Below the pieces are notes generated by a model. It was not told the DNA's origin and did not search any database. It worked only from the letters and a program-made list of their open reading frames with translations. Shown in pieces: positions 14,273-23,637 of a DNA stretch of 64,000 bases. Source of the stretch: Diadema antillarum (Eukaryota); contig NW_027270911.1 of assembly GCF_040938485.1 (NCBI RefSeq), forward strand, positions 4,650,001 through 4,714,000, in the 5' to 3' direction. Position 1 is the stretch's first letter. Every line of letters starts with the position of its first letter. A program made the position numbers and the translations under genes.

Positions 14273-14883
14273 GCTAGAGAAATTCTGCAGTAGGCAGAGT
14301 ACCCAACACCTCTGCTCTGAGAGTTACGTCACTTCTGGCTCTGAAGCGACTTGTTATAGTCAGTCCTGTGTTACCTGCTGACCTGTTATGTTTGTGGAGA
14401 TAAGGCCTGGGAGACGTTTTGCCTGCGGAGAATTTCTTCATTGGAGATAGACTCCATGTTTTTATGTCAATGGACATTGCTACAGCAAAGCTGTGACGGG
14501 CTGGATTCCTAGCTGGACAATATAAAGTGAATCATCCTTCAACGCATCGACTGGACGTGGTCGTTGGATTCTGCACATTTCGCTGTGAACATTATACCGT
14601 GGACCTATCACATGGACATATACCTGGATTAATACCAAGGATTATCGCAACCTGCGTTTGGATTTACGTCGAAGGAATCATTCATCGGTGCATCGCGGAT
14701 CATTCATTTGTGCATTGAACATCGTATTTGGACACTTTCAAAGGATTACTTAATGCATGTAAGTGATATATTGCGTGTAATGCCTACGTAAGTAATTCCA
14801 TTACTGACTTATATTTGTTTCTTGTGATCATTATTGTACTGATGTGACGCCGATTACCAGTCTGTACCCACAATATCACTGTT

Positions 14884-14889
14884 AATAAA
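14884..14889 (+). terminator. Probable LTR polyadenylation signal (copy at 19637-19642)
   Basis: AATAAA 65 bp before the LTR end, followed by a GT/T-rich tract (GTTGATTGTTTCTTTTGTG). Confidence 0.55.
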
Positions 14890-14958
14890 CAGCCTGAACA
14901 TCAGTTGATTGTTTCTTTTGTGCGATCATTCTCAGAGTGATATTGGTCGTAACAAAAT

Positions 14959-14978
14959 TGGGGGCTTGTGTCCGAGAA
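14959..14978 (+). promoter_or_regulatory. Primer-binding site, imperfect tRNA-Pro type
   Basis: TGGGGGCTTGTGTCCGAGAA begins after a 4-nt spacer (AAAT) following the LTR. The canonical tRNA-Pro PBS is TGGGGGCTCGTCCGGGAT. Confidence 0.75.
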
Positions 14979-15095
14979 GTGAATTTAAGCCAAAACTTAG
15001 AATTTGGAACATTCCGGAATCCAGAATATTGGTACAGACATAATACCAGTTGAGTTGGTTGTTCAATTGTATATTGTGTGTAATACATTGTGACA

Positions 15096-18000
15096 ATGTC
15101 AATCAGTACAATGGATGTTCAGGCATTTGTTCAGAGGACAGATTTGTCCCTCAAAGATTTGCAAAGGTTACGCAAATGTGATTTGACCGCTGTTGCACAG
15201 CATTTAAATGTTGATGTTCCACAAGGTGCTAGAAAGGCAGAGATTCTTGACTTAGTAGCTGGTCACATGGAGCTCAAAGAAGAAATTGACACTTCCGATC
15301 GAGCTCAAATTTCAGATCAAACACGGCTTGAGCTAGCTAGATTGGAAATAGAGAAAGAGAAGATGAGATCAGAAAGAGAGCAAAGGGCTAGGGAAATGGA
15401 AATGCTGGAAAGGGAAAAACAAAGAGAAATGGAAATGAAGAAATTCGAAATGGAGCAGCAAATGAAATTGCGTGAGATGGAATTGACTCATGCACACGCT
15501 GTTGGAAATCGTGAAAGGGCTCCTTCTGATTTTGATTTGGCAAAGAACATTCGATTGGTGCCCAAGTTTGAAGAAAACAGAGTTGATGCATATTTTGTGT
15601 CATTTGAGAAGGTGGCTAACAGTTTGAACTGGCCACAGGAATTTTGGCCCTTGCTCCTTCAAAGTGTGTTTGTCGGCAAAGCAGCCGATGTGTACTCATC
15701 TCTCTCTGAAGAGCAATCACGTGACTATGCTACAGTCAAGAAGGCAGTGTTGAATGCTTATGAGTTGGTGCCAGAGGCGTACAGACACAAGTTCAGAAAT
15801 TCGTACCGCAAACCAGGCCAGACACATGTTGAGTTTGCTCGTGAAAAAGAAATGACGTTTGATAGGTGGTACAGATCCCTGAAAGTGGATCAGGATTTTG
15901 ATAACCTACGTGAGGTAGTTCTCTTGGAAGAATTCAAAAAGAGTGTTGCTTTCAGTGTGAGGTCACATTTGGATGATCACAAAGTGACAAGTTTGCATAA
16001 AGCAGCCTTGATGGCTGATGAGTATGAGCTGACCCACAGAAATGACAACAGACCACCTTTCAGGAATTTCTCTGGAAACAAGAGAGACAAAATTCAGTCG
16101 AGCAATCCAAAGAATGCTGGTTCTGAAAAAGGCACGAGTTCTGAAACTTCATCGGCACCAAAGCCTCAATCTGACAAAGGGTCCAGTACAAGTGCAAATG
16201 TCATCAAATGTTTTCACTGTAACAAGACAGGGCATGTAAAGTCACAGTGTTGGAAGTTGCAAAACAAAACAAAGAAGGACTTGGGATTTGTCATGTCAAA
16301 AAGTGTCCTACCAGAAAACAGTGTCCCGTTCAGTGAAACACAGGCCATTGAAAATCAATCTCCCAAATTCAAAGATAGGCTGAAGCAGGTGGATGAGAGC
16401 TATCGTAGCTTTTTGTTTGATGGTGAGGTGACCCCATGTACTTCTGGTGAGGCAGGTAAGCCAGTGGTCATCCTGCGGGATACGGGGGCCTCTCAGTCGT
16501 TGATGGTGGATGGTGGTATGACTTTTCCACCAGATAGTGCAGTGAATGCAAAAGTCTTGATTCAGACTGTTGATGGCAGTTATATGTCAGTGCCACTGTA
16601 TAGAGTGGATTTGAAGTGTGACCTAGTTTCTGGTCCTGTTACTGTTGGAGTTGTTCCTGAGTTGCCCATGGCAGGCATTGATTTTTTGTTGGGGAATGAC
16701 TTGGCTGGGGACAAGGTGGTTGCGTCTCCAGTTGTTTCGGATAAACCAGTGGTGGTTGCTGAAACTGAGCAGTTGCAGGAGGAATTTCCTGGGATTTCCC
16801 CAGATTGTGTTGTGACTAGGTCTCAGGCTCGTAGAGCTGTTCAAGATGATGCGGATTCTGTTGATGTGGAGGAGAATTCCGGTGTTTGGTTGGCAGAAAC
16901 CTTTTTCAAGGATCTGAATGATGGGGTTGCTGTATTAGGCTCCGAGGCTAACAGTGATGGGCTGTTTAGCAAGTCTTCCTTGGTTGAAGCACAGCAGGCA
17001 GACTTTGAGTTGAAAGGCTTGTCTCAGACGGCGTGTTCTGAGGCTGAGGCTGAAAAGGTCCCTGAGTGCTATTATGTCAAAGATGGCATTTTGATGAGGA
17101 AGTGGAGACCTCCCCATAGGCCAGCTGATGAGGATTGGACGGTGGTCCGTCAAGTTGTTGTCCCTCCTAGTTACCGCGGTGAGATCTTGAGGATTGCTCA
17201 CGAGTTACCTGTTGGCGGCCATTTAGGCGTCAGAAAGACAAAGGATCGGATCATGAGGCATTTTTATTGGCCAGGGTTGAATGTGGATGTGGCTGAGTTT
17301 TGCAAGACTTGTCACACATGTCAGGTGGCTGGTAAACCACAGCATTCAGTGAAGCCGGCGCCATTGATTCCGATACCTGCGTTTGAAGAACCATTCAGTC
17401 GGGTTCTAGTCGACTGTGTTGGACCTTTGCCTAGGACTAGGTCGGGTCACAAGTACCTCTTGACAATCATGGATATGTCTACACGGTTTCCAGAGGCTAT
17501 CCCATTGAGAAATATCACTGCTAAGACTGTGGTAGATGCTCTAGTGCAGTTTTTCACTAGGTATGGGTTGCCCAAGGAAGTGCAGTCTGACCAAGGGTCA
17601 AATTTCATGTCGGGCATATTTCAAGAGGTGATGTATCATTTGGGTGTGAAGCAGCTGAAGTCGTCAGCTGATCATCCCCAATCCCAAGGTGCGTTGGAGC
17701 GCTACCACCAGACCCTAAAGACAATGATTAGGGCATTTTGTGAGGAGTATCCCGAGGATTGGGATAAGGGCATCCCTTTCCTGCTGTTTGCAACGAGGGA
17801 CTCCCCAAATGAGTCGACGGGTTTCAGCCCATTTGAGTTGGTGTACGGTCATGAAGTCAGGGGCCCACTGAAGCTCATCAAAGAGAAATTCATGACGGAG
17901 GATGATGAGGTCCACCTACTTGACTACGTGTCAAAGTTTCGTGAAAGGCTTTCAAAGGCTTGTGAGGTAGCTAGGGAACACTTGAAAGTGTTACAAGAAT

Positions 18001-18248
18001 CTATGAAGAGAAAGGCAGACAAAAATGCCAAAGCCCGAACTTTCAACCCGGGTGACAAAGTTCTTGTACTGCTGCCCATACAAGGTGAACCACTGAAAGC
18101 CAAGTTCAGTGGCCCATACTGTGTCAAAAAGAAACTCAGTGATGTGAACTATGTGATCAGCACACCAGATAGAGGCAAGCATCAGAGAATGTGTCATGTC
18201 AATATGCTGAGAAAGTGCTATGACAGAAAGTCAGTTGGTGTGACATAG
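15096..18248 (+). CDS. Gag-protease-integrase polyprotein (1,050 aa from first ATG); no RT/RNase H
   Basis: Coiled-coil and capsid/SCAN-related Gag (FDLAKNIRLVPKF...YELVPEAYRHKFR). CCHC knuckle CFHCNKTGHVKSQC (16209-16250). Aspartic protease ILRDTGASQS (DTG 16479-16487). Integrase HHCC (AHELPVGGHLG...CKTCHTC), DD(35)E at 17412/17589/17697, and a GPY motif. No YxDD RT motif, and only 326 bp between the stop codon and the 3' LTR. Confidence 0.95.
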   Translation: MSISTMDVQAFVQRTDLSLKDLQRLRKCDLTAVAQHLNVDVPQGARKAEILDLVAGHMELKEEIDTSDRAQISDQTRLELARLEIEKEKMRSEREQRAREMEMLEREKQREMEMKKFEMEQQMKLREMELTHAHAVGNRERAPSDFDLAKNIRLVPKFEENRVDAYFVSFEKVANSLNWPQEFWPLLLQSVFVGKAADVYSSLSEEQSRDYATVKKAVLNAYELVPEAYRHKFRNSYRKPGQTHVEFAREKEMTFDRWYRSLKVDQDFDNLREVVLLEEFKKSVAFSVRSHLDDHKVTSLHKAALMADEYELTHRNDNRPPFRNFSGNKRDKIQSSNPKNAGSEKGTSSETSSAPKPQSDKGSSTSANVIKCFHCNKTGHVKSQCWKLQNKTKKDLGFVMSKSVLPENSVPFSETQAIENQSPKFKDRLKQVDESYRSFLFDGEVTPCTSGEAGKPVVILRDTGASQSLMVDGGMTFPPDSAVNAKVLIQTVDGSYMSVPLYRVDLKCDLVSGPVTVGVVPELPMAGIDFLLGNDLAGDKVVASPVVSDKPVVVAETEQLQEEFPGISPDCVVTRSQARRAVQDDADSVDVEENSGVWLAETFFKDLNDGVAVLGSEANSDGLFSKSSLVEAQQADFELKGLSQTACSEAEAEKVPECYYVKDGILMRKWRPPHRPADEDWTVVRQVVVPPSYRGEILRIAHELPVGGHLGVRKTKDRIMRHFYWPGLNVDVAEFCKTCHTCQVAGKPQHSVKPAPLIPIPAFEEPFSRVLVDCVGPLPRTRSGHKYLLTIMDMSTRFPEAIPLRNITAKTVVDALVQFFTRYGLPKEVQSDQGSNFMSGIFQEVMYHLGVKQLKSSADHPQSQGALERYHQTLKTMIRAFCEEYPEDWDKGIPFLLFATRDSPNESTGFSPFELVYGHEVRGPLKLIKEKFMTEDDEVHLLDYVSKFRERLSKACEVAREHLKVLQESMKRKADKNAKARTFNPGDKVLVLLPIQGEPLKAKFSGPYCVKKKLSDVNYVISTPDRGKHQRMCHVNMLRKCYDRKSVGVT

Positions 18249-18565
18249 TAGAGGATAGCACAGTAGAATTTAAGGGTGAAAAGTTTTCATCGCAATTCAT
18301 TTCCAGTGTATGTGTTTAGCATATTCATTAATGTGTGCAAAACAGTTTGATATGATTGTATAAGCTCCAAGAATCCAAGCAATATCATTGTAAATGGTAT
18401 CCATGAAAAGAGAACATGGAATTAATGCAGCTATTCAAAAGGCATGTGATAGTATGTGATTATTGTTGCTTGACTTGGACTTTACCTCACATTCATTGTA
18501 AATAATAATGAGAAATTGTGAAGGTAAAAGAAACCCTTGCTACGGCAAGGCTTTCTTTTTCCCAT

Positions 18566-18574
18566 GGGGGATGG
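18566..18574 (+). promoter_or_regulatory. Polypurine tract (plus-strand primer)
   Basis: GGGGGATGG directly abutting the TG start of the 3' LTR, preceded by a T-rich tract. Confidence 0.75.
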
Positions 18575-19707
18575 TGTCACAAATGTACACACTAGTAGTT
18601 ATATACATATGTATGATGTACTGTATGCATGGCTGTTTTAATGTGTATGTACACAGGTTGACCAGATTCATGGAGAACATTCCATATGGTATAGATATAG
18701 TACATACAGGCTGACCAGATAAGTGGAGAATTTTCTAGGTGGTATACAATGTAGCTATACAGTACATGCATGTAACAGGAAATACATTATAGCTCACTCA
18801 ATCTAGAATGATTTCACCCATTCCAGAAAGTTCTGGGAAGTGCTAACATATTTGGCTGAGTGAGGCACTGTCCCTGTAGCCCAATGTGATTGGTAGTTAT
18901 TCTTGGCAGTGATGTTTTGTACATAGTTAGGCAGTGAGTCATCCAGGTTTCCTGGAACTTAGACTGGCTAGTAGGTTGGAGAGAGTTATAGAATGTGCTA
19001 GAAGGGGTGAATAGATAGTATATAAGCTAGAGAAATTCTGCAGTAGGCAGAGTACCCAACACCTCTGCTCTGAGAGTTACGTCACTTCTGGCTCTGAAGC
19101 GACTTGTTATAGTCAGTCCTGTGTTACCTGCTGACCTGTTATGTTTGTGGAGATAAGGCCTGGGAGACGTTTTGCCTGCGGAGAATTTCTTCATTGGAGA
19201 TAGACTCCATGTTTTTATGTCAATGGACATTGCTACAGCAAAGCTGTGACGGGCTGGATTCCTAGCTGGACAATATAAAGTGAATCATCCTTCAACGCAT
19301 CGACTGGACGTGGTCGTTGGATTCTGCACATTTCGCTGTGAACATTATACCGTGGACCTATCACATGGACATATACCTGGATTAATACCAAGGATTATCG
19401 CAACCTGCGTTTGGATTTACGTCGAAGGAATCATTCATCGGTGCATCGCGGATCATTCATTTGTGCATTGAACATCGTATTTGGACACTTTCAAAGGATT
19501 ACTTAATGCATGTAAGTGATATATTGCGTGTAATGCCTACGTAAGTAATTCCATTACTGACTTATATTTGTTTCTTGTGATCATTATTGTACTGATGTGA
19601 CGCCGATTACCAGTCTGTACCCACAATATCACTGTTAATAAACAGCCTGAACATCAGTTGATTGTTTCTTTTGTGCGATCATTCTCAGAGTGATATTGGT
19701 CGTAACA
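18575..19707 (+). repeat. 3' LTR
   Basis: 1,133-bp direct repeat of the 5' LTR, followed by TSD AGCC. Confidence 0.97.
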
Positions 19708-20523
19708 AGCCACACATAAAATTTTCTGGAATTAGAAGTTTGTTTGTTACAAAAAAAAAAGAAAAGAAAAATCTTCAAAAGCTACATTACAGTTCTAGAT
19801 GTAGCAAACTTCAAATTGTGCTTGATTCTCTGTTCGTCTGAGGAGTAGTGTCTTGCAAGAACAATGTGTTTGATGTTGGCCAGCAAACCTTGGAAGGGAA
19901 TTGATCATCACACACCTCGGAGAAAAATCTTTGTGATTGATCCACTGACTAAGTTACAACTGATTTCTAGTGCTCGTGATGAGCATGGGCCCGTATCTAT
20001 CCCAAAGTTTTGGCTAACATGAGGGTACTGCATCATATGACTTCCACAGCATTGGTCTCCAGTTTTCTACCTTACCGTTAATGTCGTTCACTTTGTTTTT
20101 TACTGTTTCTGTGTGTGTGTTTTGTTGTTGTCTGTATTTGCATTTGTATCTGTGCTTGTATTTGCATTTAAGCTTGTAAACAGTTGTCTCCGCATAATTG
20201 GGTACCACTTTATAATCAAGTACCTGGCTTATAACTGAACAAACAGTTCCAATGTGTGTCATATTTAAGCATTTCGGTTTAAACGGGTAGAAATTTTCCA
20301 GACAAGCCTCATCTATTCACATTATTTCGCACAGAAAGTATTCAAATCAATGTGTGTAAATGTAAATTCTGAAGAAATTTTGAGATTCTTAGAGGGGATG
20401 GAGCACTATGGTTTACGTTCAAACATGTTCAGTGTGCATCAGAGCAATCACTTTGTCGTATCACTACAAGTAGACACATTTATACATGCCCTGTAAAAAC
20501 CTTTACGTGAGCATCACATACTA

Positions 20524-20728
20524 CTGTATACGCCGTTATTTTGGCGAGGGTTTAATTTTCGCGAATTTCGCAAATTGCAGTTGGATCGCGAATTTAACAA
20601 CACGCGAAATTGTCTCCTTGTGCTTTGTTGTTAGAGCATTAACGTAAGCGTCGGCGTCAATTCGCGAAAATGTCTATGACCTCGTCATTCGTGAAAATAT
20701 CTGTACGCGAAAATAACGGCGTATACAG
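20524..20728. mobile_element. MITE, TTCGCGAA-rich family related to 871-1401
   Basis: TIR CTGTATACGCCGTTATTTT / AAAATAACGGCGTATACAG. TA on the left; right flank GTA (imperfect TSD). Confidence 0.75.
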
Positions 20729-21051
20729 GTACTCTTACCAAACCTGCATGTACATACACAGTGAGCACACTAACCACTATACGTGTCTAGCCAGGTCTCG
20801 ATGTGAACGAAGAATGAGCTAGTCCCTCTGAGACTCTAACCATTGTTCGGAATGTTTGCGAAAAGTGGACCTACGATCGCCATTATTGGTGACTATGGCT
20901 GCATGCAAAGCTTACAAAGTCAAAGTGCATTTACATATGTCATTTGATATGACCTGTCCGACAAACAGATTTTATACTTTCATGAATGGCAAATCTGCAC
21001 TCATGCAAGCAGTGCCTCGGCATGGATTATGGCATACCGATTTTCAAAGTA

Positions 21052-21263
21052 CTGTACGAGCTGAAATTTTTGCTTAACAGATATTTTCGCGAATTGCTAC
21101 ATGGAGGATATTTTCGCGTGTTGTTAATTTCGCGGTTGCGAGGGTCTAATTGAACTTAGCTATTTGCGCAGTGCTATTTTCGTGTGTTGTTATTTTCGCG
21201 GTTCAAAGGCGCTTCGCGAAATTCGCGAAAATAAAACCACCGCGAAAATTTCAGCTCGTACAG
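21052..21263. mobile_element. MITE with TA target duplication, TTCGCGAA-rich family
   Basis: TIR CTGTACGAGCTGAAATTTT / AAAATTTCAGCTCGTACAG, with TA at 21050-21051 and 21264-21265. Confidence 0.8.
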
Positions 21264-21509
21264 TATTGATATCCTTTGTAGTTCGTCATACACAAGGTTC
21301 AGTAAGACTCGATAATTCTGTCGGTTTGTGTGTTGTTTCCCTTGAAACCATTTTGAGAGATATTGGGGTTTCTCCGAAAGCTTCTATGCGACTTTGAATG
21401 AGCTGTGAGCTGTAGTGGCATACTGTGCATGCTGAAATATGGTGCAGATAGGTGCATAGTGTGTGGTAGCTGTAACGTCAAAGAAACACGCCCAATGGCT
21501 TATCAAGTA

Positions 21510-21570
21510 CTCCGCTTAATCGGGTAAGAAATGCTCTGCCCGACACTACCCGATTAAGCGGAGAGTACTG
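21510..21570. repeat. Short hairpin MITE remnant
   Basis: Perfect 17-bp inverted repeat CTCCGCTTAATCGGGTA (21510-21526) / TACCCGATTAAGCGGAG (21547-21563). Right end ...GTACTG|TA resembles Tc1/pogo termini. Confidence 0.6.
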
Positions 21571-21719
21571 TATATGTTTTTGTCTGTCTGTGTGTGTGTG
21601 TGTGTGTGTGTCAGCATATGTGTGTGTGTGGACACCTTTATGAGTTTGTATTTTTGTGTGTGTGTGCCTGTTTGTGTCTGTGGGATACATACTGTATTAT
21701 AAAATGGGTTCAAGAATGT

Positions 21720-22220
21720 AGCCAATTGGAAGCGCTGAAATGAGTCACGTGTGCGTGCATTAATTTCTTAGTAAATGCACGGCCAGGGCCTGACGTACGT
21801 CACAATGTTTACACTAGCAGTGCGCACTCAATCAGTTGTTACAAGTGCGTCACGCGCTACTATACGCGCTGTCAATCCTGTAAACAACTTCTAGTTCGGG
21901 CTGCCACAACAGCCGGCGGCCTTTCTTGTGCATAACACGTGGCGTACGTATACTTTTATACGTACGTACAGTCCTTATGTGCGGGATTTCCGAGTGCAAC
22001 GTGCGTAAATGTTTGGGACGAACATCTTCGGACATCTTGACTTTTGAGTGAGTGCTACATGTAGCTGACTGGTATTGACCCACTAAGGTACGTGAATAAT
22101 GCTGTTAGTTTTCGACCCATTTTATAAAACAAATGATGCACAGGATTATTTCGTGGCGTTAGTGAAGGTGCGGCGCGCTCGAGAGTATTGACAATGGTGC
22201 GACATGCACGAGGCGCACAC
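21720..22220. promoter_or_regulatory. Local CpG-rich island with promoter/enhancer-type motifs
   Basis: About 37 CpG in ~500 bp by hand count, versus 3-4 per 600 bp in two sampled CpG-poor blocks. CCAAT at 21722, TGAGTCA at 21741 overlapping CACGTG at 21746, and palindrome TGACGTACGTCA at 21791-21802. Confidence 0.45.
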
Positions 22221-22799
22221 ACTCTATCCTGTGCATCATTTGTATACTACTATTTTCATCTCTGTATGTCCAAACTTGATTTATGAAGTATCAGGACTTG
22301 ACAAGAATTATTTACTAATTGGGCTTTGGTGGTGAGGTAATATTGTCAAGACTTCAAGAGCAGTGACCATGTGAGAGAATTCAACAGTGGAGAATTGACA
22401 GAGGGAAGTCAGCTTAGTCAAGTGATCTTAATGATTAGGCAGTTTCTTCTCAAATTCAAGGTAGATACAATGTACTTTGAAGATATGTTGATGGATCAAG
22501 ATTGAAGGTCAAAGTCTGTGATAGAAAACACTACTAGTATTTGTCATGGCTTAGAAATGAATGTTTAGATGAGGCTCGCAATCATTAATTATGACAGGGT
22601 AGTTTTGCAATGTCCTTCTTGAAGAAATTTGATGCACATGAGTGCCAAAAAAAAAGTCCACTTTTACAGTAAGCATGTACAATATGTGCTTCTTCAGCAG
22701 AATGCAAAATTTTGACATAATTTTCACACCTAGGAATATTCTGTGTCTACAGTAGTCCCTGACCACCCTTTGTCTCTTCTACCGTGTTTTGGTCTGCAG

Positions 22800-22989
22800 C
22801 ATCCGTCAGCTGCCCCAGAAGTTCCTAGACCTGCAAGCACAGTCCCGTAAGTGCCGTCTGGCAGGGATCAAGGCACCGGCCAGGCTGCCCTTGGACACCC
22901 CACTCCAGCCAGGCACGGCATGGCCTGCAGCTGCCATCACACGCACAGTGGAGCTGGTTACCAATCAGATCCTGGTGGCCTGTGTGGAG
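22800..22989 (+). CDS. Internal coding exon of a Tudor-domain-containing protein (SN-like flank of an extended Tudor domain)
   Basis: Acceptor TTTTGGTCTGCAG| and donor GAG|GTAAGA. Translates to IRQLPQKFLDLQAQSRKCRLAGIK...W...AAITRTVELVTNQILVACVE, matching the extended-Tudor pattern LP..F..LP.QA..C.L.G+.P...W...A...F..LV....L.A.V. GC-richer than the flanks. Confidence 0.8.
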
Positions 22990-23637
22990 GTAAGATGGAT
23001 GTTAAAGAATTGTAAAAACATGGCAACCATTTCCTTTAATGCAGAAGATATATCAGCGTTAGCTGTTTAAATAGTAGTTTATAGTAGCCATTTATAAGTA
23101 TATCAACAAGCAAGATAATGATGGCCACTATATATTTTTGTTGACATCCATCGTAGATTCGTACATCTTAGATTCTCAAAACTCATACAATATATACATG
23201 ACATGCTGGGGTCAGGGTTTCTTATACAACAGGTGAACAACCCACGTTACATCATGGGTGAAAAAAAAAAGAGAAAGAAAAAAGATTGTTACCGTTGGCT
23301 GCCAGAGTTCCGTGATAGTGATCTGTGTAGTGCTCAGAAAGTGAAAGCCTTCTCCCTGTATATGAAGGAAGAGCCACCTATTTTTGGACAATGCACATGT
23401 AAGAATAGAATCTGTTGAGAAGTTCAGAGTGAATTCAGCACAGTGAGATTTGACTAGCTTGCGTGGAAATTATATCCCCAGTGGAGGACTTTTTATATAG
23501 ATATTCCAAGCATTGGGACATATGTGCTGAAGTGCTTTCTGGGCCCTTTCGCGTAAAAACACGCAATCAAAAATTAATCAGAAAAGCAAACATAGGTCAG
23601 GTATCGGCCAATAAGAATCAAGTATTCACAGACTTAA

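Larger units (their letters stand above)
13822..14954 (+). repeat. 5' LTR
   Basis: Direct repeat of 18575-19707; no mismatch found by eye in the stretches compared (most of the LTR). ORF-track peptides at 14274/19027 and 14527/19280 are identical. Confidence 0.97.
13822..19707 (+). mobile_element. Ty3/gypsy LTR retrotransposon, Gmr1-like, lacking RT/RNase H (5,886 bp)
   Basis: Two 1,133-bp direct LTRs (offset 4,753) with TG...CA ends (TGTCAC...GTAACA). 4-bp TSD AGCC at 13818-13821 and 19708-19711. PBS after the 5' LTR, purine tract before the 3' LTR, and a single gag-PR-IN ORF. Confidence 0.97.

Noticed and set aside
18249-18574. Residual RT/RNase H coding sequence between the ORF stop and the PPT
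   Set aside because: The frames I read close quickly and I saw no RT or RNase H motif; it reads as 3' UTR.
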